Assembly: GCA_026713305.1 (NCBI GenBank)
Contig: JAPOOS010000315.1
Location: 1-53,057 of the forward strand
DNA length: 53,057 bases
Direction: 5' to 3'
Origin: Paracoccaceae bacterium
Lineage (GTDB): Bacteria > Pseudomonadota > Alphaproteobacteria > Rhodobacterales > Rhodobacteraceae
Part shown: piece after piece, positions 28,958 through 38,366 of the stretch
Position numbering within the stretch: the first letter of the stretch is position 1
Layout: each line of letters opens with the position of its first letter
Position numbers and translations under genes: made by a program
The notes under the pieces: model-generated
Seen by the model: only the letters and a program-made list of their open reading frames with translations
The model's database searches: none
Told to the model about the DNA's origin: nothing

Positions 28958-30181
28958 ATGATGCAAAAGATCAAGGTAGCCAACCCGATTGTGGAAATCG
29001 ACGGCGACGAAATGACCCGAATAATGTGGGATTTCATCAAGAGGAAGCTCATTCTACCATACCTCGACCTTGAGCTTCTATATTACGATCTCGGCATTCA
29101 GGAGCGGGACCGCACCAACGACCAGATTACGGTGGATGCCGCGCTCCGCATTCAGGAAGTCGGCGTGGGAGTGAAATGCGCTACCATCACACCGGACGAG
29201 GCGCGGGTTGAAGAGTTCAATCTCAAGCAAATGTGGCGTTCACCGAACGGCACGATTCGCAACATTCTCGGCGGCGTTGTCTTTCGCAGCCCAATCATTT
29301 GCCGCAACGTCCCGCGACTTGTGCCGGGCTGGACGCGACCGATCGTGATTGGCCGCCATGCGTTCGGCGACCAGTACCGAGCCACCGACTTTCGCTTTCC
29401 TGGCGCCGGAAAGCTGTCGCTTCGCTTCGAGGGCAAGGACGGCAAAGTGATCGAGCGCGAAGTGTTCGACGCCCCTTCATCCGGAATCGTGCTGGGCATG
29501 TACAATCTTGACCAGTCGATTCGGGACTTCGCACGGGCCACGTTCAACTACGGGCTCATGCTCGGCTGGCCAGTCTACCTGTCGACCAAGAACACCATCC
29601 TCAAAGCCTACGACGGACGTTTCAAGGATCTGTTTCAGGAGGTGTTCGACAGCGAGTTTGCGGACAGGTTCAAGAAGGCAGGAATCTCGTACGAACATCG
29701 CTTGATTGACGACATGGTAGCGGCCGCCCTGAAGTGGAGCGGCGGTTTCGTGTGGGCCTGCAAGAACTACGACGGCGATGTGCAGTCGGACACCGTTGCG
29801 CAAGGCTTCGGGTCGCTCGGCCTAATGGCATCGACGCTGATGACGCCCGACGGAAAGGTCGTGGAATCCGAGGCTGCGCATGGAACGGTCACCCGCCACT
29901 ACCGAGAGCACATGAAGGGACGCCAAACCTCAACCAATTCCATCGCATCGATTTATGCATGGACCGGAGGCCTGAAGCATCGTGCCAAGCTGGACGGCAA
30001 CCAGCAACTGGCGGAGTTTGCCAATACACTCGAAAAGGTGGTCGTCGACACCGTCGAAAGCGGCCACATGACCAAGGATCTGGCGCTGCTGATAGGTCCC
30101 GACCAAACCTGGCTGACCACGATGCAGTTTCTCGACAAGATTGACGAGAATCTTGGCAAGCAGCTGGCCAAGAGTTCCTGA
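28958..30181 (+). CDS. icd: NADP-dependent isocitrate dehydrogenase (type II, eukaryote-like homodimeric, about 405 aa)
   Basis: N-terminus [52 protein letters not shown]. Confidence 0.94.
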   Translation: MMQKIKVANPIVEIDGDEMTRIMWDFIKRKLILPYLDLELLYYDLGIQERDRTNDQITVDAALRIQEVGVGVKCATITPDEARVEEFNLKQMWRSPNGTIRNILGGVVFRSPIICRNVPRLVPGWTRPIVIGRHAFGDQYRATDFRFPGAGKLSLRFEGKDGKVIEREVFDAPSSGIVLGMYNLDQSIRDFARATFNYGLMLGWPVYLSTKNTILKAYDGRFKDLFQEVFDSEFADRFKKAGISYEHRLIDDMVAAALKWSGGFVWACKNYDGDVQSDTVAQGFGSLGLMASTLMTPDGKVVESEAAHGTVTRHYREHMKGRQTSTNSIASIYAWTGGLKHRAKLDGNQQLAEFANTLEKVVVDTVESGHMTKDLALLIGPDQTWLTTMQFLDKIDENLGKQLAKSS

Positions 30182-30282
30182 AGGTCAACAATCGGCAAGT
30201 CAGGTCAAAGCCTGCATCGGGTCGAAGTCACCGAGTTTGACGACCCGAAAGGTAATCTTGCATTGCCTGCTTGTGGCGGTCG

Positions 30283-30567
30283 TCAAACGCCTTCGAGAAG
30301 CACCAGGTCGCGTTCCGAAGCCCGGCTGGCGTAGGTCAATGCTTCGCTGTAGGTTTCAGATCGATAGCATCTGCGTGCCGCAGCCATGTCCGGAAACTCC
30401 ACAATGACGTTTCGCGGGCGGCAGGAGCCTTCCATGACCTCATAGTCTCCCCCGCGAACCAAGAATTTGCCGCCATGCTCGGCAATCGCCTTGCCGGCCA
30501 GTTCGGCATACTTTCCGTAGGTTTCCGCATCCGTCACATTTACATGTGCAATCCAGTACGCGCTCAT
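30283..30567 (-). CDS. DUF1330-domain protein
   Basis: 94 aa starting MSAYWIAHVNVTD, with YGKYAELAGKAIAEHGGKFLVRGG, typical of DUF1330. The start overlaps the alaS stop as ATGA (30564-30567). Confidence 0.75.
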   Translation of the reverse strand: MSAYWIAHVNVTDAETYGKYAELAGKAIAEHGGKFLVRGGDYEVMEGSCRPRNVIVEFPDMAAARRCYRSETYSEALTYASRASERDLVLLEGV

Positions 30568-33257
30568 TCATCAACTCCGATTTCCTGTCCAAGGTTTTCG
30601 AGAACTTCTGCCACTCCAACGCGGTCTTCTGCCAGTCTCTCGGCAATCTCACGGCCGCCGCCACGGGCGAAGTCGTCGCGCCCTCCGCCGCCTCTGCCGC
30701 CAAGGCGCGCCACGACATCCTTCAGGATTCTCACTGCCGAGCAGCGCCTGGCCAGATCCGCCGTCACTCCGACTGTGACAGCGCCCTTCCCTTTCCAACT
30801 CGAAACGACAACGACCACACCCTCCTCGATGCGTTTCTTTTCACTGTCGACTTGCCGGGCGGACGCCTGTGCGGTGGCGCCTTCAAGAATGTGTCCAACA
30901 TAGGTTCCATATGAAAGCCGCTGCTCCACGAGGGCGCTTGCGGCGCCTCCGCTTCCACCGGTTGCAACACGGTCTTGGAGCGTCCTGACCTCCTGCCTGA
31001 GCCGGTTGCGGTCCGCAATCAGCGCAGCCACGCGTTCGACCACGTCCTCGGCGCTTGACTTGAGCATCAGGGCAATTTCAGCGCAACGATGATCCTGCCC
31101 CACAAGATAGCGGCGCGCCTGTTCTCCAGTGAGCGCCTCGATGCGGCGAACCCCTGCCGAAACCGAAGTTTCCCCCAAAGTCACAAACAGGCCGATGTCT
31201 CCTGTGTTGCGAACATGAGTGCCGCCACAAAGCTCGACCGAGAAGACATTGCCGTCGACGCCGCGGCCCGAATTGTCCAGCCGTCCCATCGACACGACGC
31301 GGACCTCTTCGTCGTACTTTTCACCGAACAACGCCTGAGCGCCAATTTGGCGAGCCTCGTCCAGCGTCATCAGCCTTGTCTCAACCGGCGCATCCTGCGC
31401 AATGTACGAGTTGATGGTTGTTTCGACTGCCTCCAGTTGCCCGAGCGAAAGCGAACCGGTGTGCGAGAAGTCAAAGCGCAGGCGATCATCCGCATTCAGG
31501 GAGCCTCTCTGCGCGACATGATCTCCGAGATGCAGACGCAATGCCTCGTTCAGCAGGTGGGTCGCCGAATGGTTCCTGCGAATCAACGTGCGACGATCGA
31601 CATCGACGCATAGTGAGACGTCATCCCCGACAGCCAGTCGGCCCGTGTCCAGCCTTGCCCGGTGACAATGCAGGCCTGCGTGTCCCTGTGTGTCCGTGAC
31701 CGCGGCGGAGCCGCTTTCGCCCTCCAGCCGGCCCGTGTCTCCAACCTGCCCGCCCGCTTCCGCGTAGAATGGCGTTTGCCCCACGACGATTTCGACGACT
31801 TCCCCTTCAACGGCCGTGTCAACGCGCTTGCCGTTTCTGACGATGGCCACAATCTTGCCTGCGGCTGATTCGCTGGCATGCCCGAGAAACTCGGTGACGC
31901 CAACATCCTCAGCAATCTGAAACCACAGAGCGTCGTCTGTCGCCTCGCCGCTGCCCTTCCATTGGGCGCGAGCCCGTGATCGCTGCTCGTTCATGCAGTC
32001 GTCGAAACTGGCGACATCGACGTCTCGTCCTTCTCCCCTCAGCGCGTCCTGCGTCAGATCGAGAGGAAATCCGTAGGTGTCGTAGAGCTTGAACGCTATG
32101 TGTCCTGGAAGAGGCTGGTCGGCTGCAAGCTTCCTGACCTCGGAATCAAGCAGATGCAGACCACGGTCCAGCGTCTGCTGGAATCTGCGTTCCTCGTGCA
32201 GCAGCGTGTCCGCAATCGACGCCTTGGCTTGACGCAGTTCCGGGAAGGCATCCTCCATCAATTTCAACAAAACCGGCACCAACTGGCACAGCAATGGCTC
32301 TCTCGAACCAAGCAGATTGGCATGCCGCATCGCTCTCCGCATAATTCGGCGCAGCACATAGCCGCGGCCAACCTTGGAAGGAAGCACACCTTCGGCGATC
32401 ATGAAGGAAGCAGATCGAAGGTGGTCGGCAATGACGCGGTGATGCACGTTTTGCGGTCCGTATGGTTCGGTCCCCGTGGCCGCAGCGGATGCTTCAATGA
32501 GCGTTCGAAACAGGTCCGTCTCGTAATTGTCATTTGTGCCGGCCAGGAGCGCGCCGATTCGTTCCAGCCCCATGCCGGTGTCAACCGACGGTTTGGGAAG
32601 CGATATCCGGCGACCGTCGGCCAGCTGTTCGAACTGCATGAACACCAAGTTCCAGATTTCGACGAATCGATCGCCGTCCTCGTCGGCGCTTCCAGGGGGG
32701 CCGCCGGGGATTTCCTCGCCATAGTCGAAGAACAGTTCGGTGCACGGTCCACATGGCCCGGTGGCGCCCATCGTCCAGAAATTGTCCGAAGTGGAGATTC
32801 GGACTATGCGATGATCGGGAAGTCCGGCAATCCTCTTCCAAAGCCGAAAGGACTCCGAATCGTCGTGGAACGTCGTCGCCCACAGGCGGTCCTTGGAAAC
32901 GCCGAATTCCTTTGTGATGAGTTCCCAGCAATGGCTGATGGCGCGTTCCTTGAAATAGTCGCCAAACGAGAAGTTTCCCAACATCTCGAAGAACGTGTGG
33001 TGGCGCGCCGTGTAGCCGACGTTTTCCAGGTCGTTGTGCTTGCCGCCTGCCCGGAGGCATTTCTGGCTGGTTGTAGCGCGGGGAAAGCGGGGCTGTTCTA
33101 TCCCGGTGAACCAGTTCTTGAACTGCACCATGCCGGAATTTGTAAACAGGAGCGTCGCGTCGTTGCGAGGCACGAGCGGCGAGCTCTGGAGGATTTCATG
33201 GTCGTTGGCGCCGAAATACTCGAGAAACGCCGTCCGAATCTGGTTTATGTCATTCAT
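30564..33257 (-). CDS. alaS: Alanine--tRNA ligase
   Basis: 897 aa. Class II core (FTNSGMVQFK, RAGGKHNDLENVG), editing domain HxxxH (RRNHSATHLLNEAL...CGGTH), and C-terminal DHHA1-like domain. Confidence 0.97.
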   Translation of the reverse strand: MNDINQIRTAFLEYFGANDHEILQSSPLVPRNDATLLFTNSGMVQFKNWFTGIEQPRFPRATTSQKCLRAGGKHNDLENVGYTARHHTFFEMLGNFSFGDYFKERAISHCWELITKEFGVSKDRLWATTFHDDSESFRLWKRIAGLPDHRIVRISTSDNFWTMGATGPCGPCTELFFDYGEEIPGGPPGSADEDGDRFVEIWNLVFMQFEQLADGRRISLPKPSVDTGMGLERIGALLAGTNDNYETDLFRTLIEASAAATGTEPYGPQNVHHRVIADHLRSASFMIAEGVLPSKVGRGYVLRRIMRRAMRHANLLGSREPLLCQLVPVLLKLMEDAFPELRQAKASIADTLLHEERRFQQTLDRGLHLLDSEVRKLAADQPLPGHIAFKLYDTYGFPLDLTQDALRGEGRDVDVASFDDCMNEQRSRARAQWKGSGEATDDALWFQIAEDVGVTEFLGHASESAAGKIVAIVRNGKRVDTAVEGEVVEIVVGQTPFYAEAGGQVGDTGRLEGESGSAAVTDTQGHAGLHCHRARLDTGRLAVGDDVSLCVDVDRRTLIRRNHSATHLLNEALRLHLGDHVAQRGSLNADDRLRFDFSHTGSLSLGQLEAVETTINSYIAQDAPVETRLMTLDEARQIGAQALFGEKYDEEVRVVSMGRLDNSGRGVDGNVFSVELCGGTHVRNTGDIGLFVTLGETSVSAGVRRIEALTGEQARRYLVGQDHRCAEIALMLKSSAEDVVERVAALIADRNRLRQEVRTLQDRVATGGSGGAASALVEQRLSYGTYVGHILEGATAQASARQVDSEKKRIEEGVVVVVSSWKGKGAVTVGVTADLARRCSAVRILKDVVARLGGRGGGGRDDFARGGGREIAERLAEDRVGVAEVLENLGQEIGVDE

Positions 33258-33368
33258 GTTGGATGCAGCCGCCAGAAAGGCGGTTTCGAGATATTCCAGT
33301 GGATGTTTGCGGGCAGTTAAAGTCGAAGCTGCGGGTCGTCAGGCCATGCCGGCGTCTGTCGGCGCAGT

Positions 33369-34361
33369 TCAATTGGTGTGCAAGCCGTGTGCCTCTCTGA
33401 TCTGCGCCTCAATTTCGTCGGCCATGTCGGGATGCTCGTCGAGAAAGGACATGGAATTCATGCGTCCCTGCCCGAGTCGCTGGTCCCCGTACGAGTAGAA
33501 CGATCCGCGTTTCGTGACCAATCCCGCCTTGACGCCAAGTTCGAGAAGTTCGCTCTGCTTCGAAATGCCCTTGCCGTACAGAATGTCAAACTCCGCCATC
33601 TTGAAGGGAGGCGCCATCTTGTTCTTGACGACCTTCACTCGTGTCGAGTTGCCGAGAATTTGGTCACGCACCTTGATGGCCCCTATTCGCCTGATGTCCA
33701 GGCGCACCGAAGAATAGAATTTCAGGGCATTGCCGCCCGTCGTCGTCTCCGGCGAGCCGAACATGACGCCGATCTTCATGCGAATCTGGTTGATGAACAC
33801 CACCATGCTGTTGGAACGGTTTATCGTTCCCGTGAGCTTGCGCATTGCCTGGCTCATGAGCCTTGCCTGGGAACCCACCTGGGCGTCACCCATGTCGCCT
33901 TCGAGTTCGGCCCGCGGTGTCAGGGCGGCAACCGAGTCGACCACAACAATTGACACTCCGCCGGAGCTGACGAGCGTGTCCGTAATCTCGAGCGCCTGTT
34001 CACCGGAATCCGGCTGTGCAATCAGGAGCTCCTCGACGTCCACACCCAGGCTCTTGGCGTAGCCTGGGTCCAGGGCATGCTCGGCGTCCACGAATGCGGC
34101 CACTCCGCCTGCCTTCTGGGCCTCAGCCACGGTGTGCAGCGCAAGCGTGGTCTTGCCCGAGGATTCAGGTCCGTAGATCTCGATGATTCGACCCTTTGGC
34201 AATCCGCCAATGCCCAGCGCAATGTCCAACCCAATTGAACCTGTTGACACCGCGTCGACATCGCTTGCTGGGTCGCGTTCGCCCAGGCGCATGATGGCGC
34301 CCTTGCCGAAACTGCGCTTGATTTGTCCTAGTGCTGCTTCAAGCGCGTCGTTCTTGGCCAT
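33369..34361 (-). CDS. recA: Recombinase RecA
   Basis: Walker [65 protein letters not shown]. Confidence 0.97.
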   Translation of the reverse strand: MAKNDALEAALGQIKRSFGKGAIMRLGERDPASDVDAVSTGSIGLDIALGIGGLPKGRIIEIYGPESSGKTTLALHTVAEAQKAGGVAAFVDAEHALDPGYAKSLGVDVEELLIAQPDSGEQALEITDTLVSSGGVSIVVVDSVAALTPRAELEGDMGDAQVGSQARLMSQAMRKLTGTINRSNSMVVFINQIRMKIGVMFGSPETTTGGNALKFYSSVRLDIRRIGAIKVRDQILGNSTRVKVVKNKMAPPFKMAEFDILYGKGISKQSELLELGVKAGLVTKRGSFYSYGDQRLGQGRMNSMSFLDEHPDMADEIEAQIREAHGLHTN

Positions 34362-34670
34362 TCGTTTTCCTTTTCAATAGACTCGATTGTGTGAGAGCAT
34401 GGAGTTGGTTCCGTCTATCCCCTGCCAGCGGCGCTTTGCTCCCGGCGCAACCGTCGAATCTCCGAGGCATGTTCTTGAAGCAATGTGCAACTGCCACCGG
34501 CGCCATACAGCCTGCTCGCACCGATGCCTTGCGTTCAACGACGGGCTTGGGCTTCATGACATCGTTCGATGCTCTCATCATCGTTTCGCCGCATGTCCAT
34601 ATGCCGTTGCATGCTGCCGCCCGGACATTCCGCTAGACCGACGATTCGGCAAGATTCCGAATGCGTCCTG

Positions 34671-35501
34671 TCAGATGCCGACAAAGGCGTAGCCAGACCC
34701 TCTCTTCTCGATGCGGCCGAGCGCCGTGGCAAGCATATGGCCGCCGGAACAAATGGTCCCTTCGAACGCCAGCCGATCCAGCAGATTCCTCCTAGTCGTC
34801 CGTGAAACCTCCTTGTCGGTGTCGAACGCCAGGCAAATGCTTGGATCCTGCAATTGCAGGTACTGGGAATGAAGCAGATCCGTGAAGTACATGAACTCTT
34901 CGCCTTCCGACTCAACCTGGATGCCCACATGTCCGGGAGTGTGGCCGGGCAGCGGCACCAGTTCAACGCCGGTGGCAATCTCCGCGTCGGCGCTTACGCA
35001 GGTCAACTGATCGGCATAGGCAGACATTACAGTCAGCGCCAGCTTGTGCATGTCCTGTAGCCCTTCGTCCATAGAAGAAGAATCAAGTCCGCTCCAGAAT
35101 GCCCTCTCCGCGTCTGCCAGCAACACTTCCGCCTTTGTGAACACCGGTTTCCCGTCTGCAGTGACGGCGCCTCCAATGTGGTCAACGTGGAGGTGAGTAA
35201 TCACGAACTTGTCGATGTCGTCAGGTGAGACTCCTGCTTCTTCCAACGCCTGAGGCAGCCTGCCGCCTGCAGGCCCGAACAGGTCCCGCAATCCGGCGTC
35301 GACAAGAATTGTTTCGTCGCCACCGCGAATCAACAAGGCATTGAAGTTGGTTTCGGCGGCGCTCCGGCCGGCTTTCGCGAGAAGTTCGTCTATGCGCTCC
35401 GGCTCGGTTCCCTCAAACAGTTCGTATCCAAACTCAGTGGCACCATCCGTAAGCACGACAGCTTCCAGTTTACCGACGTTGTGTCGGGCAATGTTTGACA
35501 T
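34671..35501 (-). CDS. MBL-fold metallo-hydrolase
   Basis: HxHxDH motif ITHLHVDHIGG and later PGHTPGH. Start is taken at MSNIARH, though the ORF could begin 10 codons earlier. Confidence 0.8.
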   Translation of the reverse strand: MSNIARHNVGKLEAVVLTDGATEFGYELFEGTEPERIDELLAKAGRSAAETNFNALLIRGGDETILVDAGLRDLFGPAGGRLPQALEEAGVSPDDIDKFVITHLHVDHIGGAVTADGKPVFTKAEVLLADAERAFWSGLDSSSMDEGLQDMHKLALTVMSAYADQLTCVSADAEIATGVELVPLPGHTPGHVGIQVESEGEEFMYFTDLLHSQYLQLQDPSICLAFDTDKEVSRTTRRNLLDRLAFEGTICSGGHMLATALGRIEKRGSGYAFVGI

Positions 35502-35707
35502 TTCACTCTCCAATTGCAGGCACTTCATCAATCACCGCTTGGGTTCGGTCCTCGTGCCGATGAAGACGATACTTAGTTGCCTCGCTGTTCGATGCAAGCC
35601 GTTGCAGTCTTCAAGCCCTCTCCTCTCAATGCATGTCTGCCGTTGGTCGTCAAACGGCGCTTTGGGGAAGTCGAAGGAGACTGCAACTTGCCGGTTTGAG
35701 CTTGGCG

Positions 35708-36433
35708 TCAACCGCGGTCACTCCTGAATCCGGTTGCCACCAAGTACTTTTCGGAGCTGTCGGAACGACTGGCGGGCGGTTTCATCGTGCGCACCTTGGC
35801 AAATCGCTGCTTGAGTTCCCTTTGAAGGTTCCCCTCGGCGCCTCCCGCCAAAACCTTGCACACAAACGTGCCACCCTCGCAGAGCAGCGCGCATGCCACT
35901 TCAAACGCAACTTCGCAAAGCGCAACTATTCGCAGATGATCGGTTTTAGCATGTCCGGAGGAGGCCGCCGCCATGTCCGAAAGCACAACGTCCGCCTTGC
36001 CTCCAACGAATTTCTCCGCCACGTCAATGGCATCTGCAGAGTGAAGGTCCAGCCGGGTGAATGCGACGCCTTCCACATCCTCCATGGCAGCAATGTCAAA
36101 TGCGTAGACCGAGCCACGCGCCTTGCCGTCTTGATCGCCGGTCGAGTTTGTCATTATCGCCGCGACCTGCGACCAGCCGCCGGGCACGCTGCCCAAGTCG
36201 ACGACTCTGGCTCCCGGCAACAGAAAGCGAACACGCTGATTGAGTTCCAGCAACTTGAAGGCGGAGCGAGATCGATATCCCTCCTGACGGGCCTGTTTCA
36301 CATAAGGGTCGTTCAGCTGTCGGGCAAGCCAGCGCGTCGAGCTTGACCGTCTGCCCTTGGCTGTCCGAACTCTGACGGCAAGCGCTCTTTGTCCTCGTAG
36401 AGAACCCCGTGATTTGGCGTGTGACTTTGCCAT
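35708..36433 (-). CDS. rlmE: 23S rRNA (uridine2552-2'-O)-methyltransferase RlmE/FtsJ
   Basis: RWLARQLNDPYV...GYRSRSAFKLLEL and SAM motif VVDLGSVPGGWSQV, with VVLSDMA and KVLAGG blocks. Confidence 0.9.
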   Translation of the reverse strand: MAKSHAKSRGSLRGQRALAVRVRTAKGRRSSSTRWLARQLNDPYVKQARQEGYRSRSAFKLLELNQRVRFLLPGARVVDLGSVPGGWSQVAAIMTNSTGDQDGKARGSVYAFDIAAMEDVEGVAFTRLDLHSADAIDVAEKFVGGKADVVLSDMAAASSGHAKTDHLRIVALCEVAFEVACALLCEGGTFVCKVLAGGAEGNLQRELKQRFAKVRTMKPPASRSDSSEKYLVATGFRSDRG

Positions 36434-37313
36434 GTGCCCCGAATTTCAGTCTTGACTTGTGCTATAGCAAAGCCACCCCGTTGCTGCCAGACTGCAAACC
36501 GGCGGTTGACAACGAGTTTCGACTTTCTATGCCGGGTTAATGGCTGTCGAGAAGCCAGCATTGCTGCGAGCCGGCAATGATCCGTTGTCTATGCGGAGTT
36601 GCCAACATTGGCCTCTACAGGCTGAAGGAGTTCAATTCTGTTTCAGCATTGGCGGCGAATAGCCTTCCCGACCATGGTTGTGCATATCTCGTTTGGCGAC
36701 ACCGCCTTCGGAGGGTTGGCCATTTCTGCCAGTTTCGGCACGCAGGTTCAGCAACTGTCACGTGTCGCCGCACGAGGCGCAAACGCGGCGATTTCCCATG
36801 CCGCCAAGCAAAGCGCCTCAAGGCGTTGTCAAACTTCAGTGGGACACCCTGGCGAAGCCAATCATGAATTCACGGCCCACTCTTCGCGACGTCAGGGGAG
36901 GCCAACAGTTGCAGGCAGCCAACTGGACTGCAGGATTTCTACATTCGGACTCCAATGCCCAAGTGTCGACCAATGCGTCCTGCTTCGCAAGAAGGAGGCA
37001 TGACAGCTTCAATCACCTTCATTCTGCAATGATCGCCATGCTTCCGGCCATCGCGCCCCCGAACCGTCGCGTTCAGCCTGCGTGCCGCAAGGTTTTGGCA
37101 AACGGGAAATGAGAGCAAAATGTTCGGTGTCAGTTCCTTTGAAGCTGTTCGTTCTTCGCTACACCGCCGAACGCTTCGTTTGCTCCACTTTCAAGAGTCA
37201 TCCTGTTTTGGAATGCGATTCGCCCAACGCGACGCTTGCACCGTTTCAGGTTGCCGCTTCCAGCTGCTCGCAGCGACGGTCTTGCTCTGTCCAGTTCCGG
37301 CGCAGCGGCTCCG

Positions 37314-37680
37314 TCAACAGCTCGCACGCTCCATCAAAGCGGCCTGACTTCGAGAGGGTCCGGAAAGTCTGACCGCCGGCCCGCCGGCCCTGCTCCAACG
37401 CTTTCCCGCGAGCTTCATCCGCTGATTGATCAAAACGCGGTTCGCGGCATCCACCGCGCCCGACCTGATCAGCAGCTTCTCCTGACACAAGCTGTGGCGC
37501 TGCATCCGGTGGCGGTTCTTCATGAAGTAGCCGAGCGCCCTCTCGACCACTTCGTGTGCCTTCGCATTCCTCAGCTCCTTCGTTCGCATGTGCCCGAGCT
37601 CCGGCGAACCCTAAAAGGCATCGAAGGCCACAACCGGCATGCCGTCGTCGATCAGCTTGCACAGTTTGGCTAAGCTAGTG
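37314..37680 (-). pseudogene. ISKra4-like transposase C-terminal remnant with in-frame stop
   Basis: The minus-strand reading ...AKLCKLIDDGMPVVAFDAF*GSPELGHMRTKEL...ALGYFMKNRHRMQ...IRSGAVDAANRVLINQRMKLAGKRWSRAGG matches the ISKra4-type C-terminal pattern (YL.KN..RM.Y...IGSGAVE.A.K.V.NQRL...GMRW). A TAG interrupts the frame at 37611-37613 and no upstream catalytic part is present. Confidence 0.5.
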
Positions 37681-37960
37681 TTTCGTGGCTGAAAGCATCA
37701 TAGTGATGGACATCGGGAGCACTACTTTCGCTGGAAGATTGGCACCGGAGCCGACAGGAACAGTCGCATCTTGATTTGCTCCCGACACAACCCCCAAGCG
37801 GCGCTCTGTGACAGTGATTCTTGGATGTGCGCGAACTGTCACCGGATGACGAAAATCACCCCAAATCAGGGGGTTGAAACTGGCCGAATCAGTCAGGACG
37901 GCGTCCAGGGGGCAAACCGCGTCCAGCTAGATAGAACGCATCCCTATCTTAGGATAATTC

Positions 37961-37988
37961 TTGACAATTGACACAATGGCTCTATATA
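37961..37988 (+). promoter_or_regulatory. Near-consensus sigma70-type promoter (TTGACA-16 nt-TATATA)
   Basis: ttgaca at 37961-37966, a 16-nt spacer, and tatata at 37983-37988, in an AT-rich patch of an otherwise GC-rich intergenic scar. It points toward the 3' end of the convergent giant gene. No credible downstream CDS. Confidence 0.3.
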
Positions 37989-38366
37989 CAATGGTCGAAG
38001 CGGGCAGGCGCCGGAGCAACTCCGAGTTGGCCCAGACGCTGGCAGCATCCATTGCGATGTGTCCTAGGAGCCGGGGGCCCGCTAAACCCCAACATTGGCG
38101 CAAGAAGTTCAATTGATTTCGGTCCGGGCTCGCGGCGTGAAGCCGCGGGACAATTTAGGGCAAAAATTGGCTCCATTGCCGCTTTTGTCCATGAGCAGAC
38201 CATTTGCCTGCCTGTGTTGAATTGGCATGCATCGCAACTGACAAAGATTGAGACGAAAGTCACAGATCTCGAGTTCCAGGGCCAAGGTCGGATTATTGTG
38301 CCAAACTGCAGGTCCCAAAAGTGCGCATTCGTCGGCTGGTCCAAGTCCGCAGTGTCCCTTGGAAGC

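Noticed and set aside
32100-33320. 406-aa + strand ORF opposite alaS
   Set aside because: It is antisense to a 897-aa gene with complete AlaRS motifs, and no recognisable domain is present. High-GC artefact.
34362-34670. Alphaproteobacterial SOS box (GTTC-N7-GTTC / GAAC-N7-GAAC) upstream of recA
   Set aside because: I scanned the 309-bp upstream region by eye. Four GTTC tetramers are present, but none has a second GTTC or GATC 7 nt away. No LexA site can be supported.
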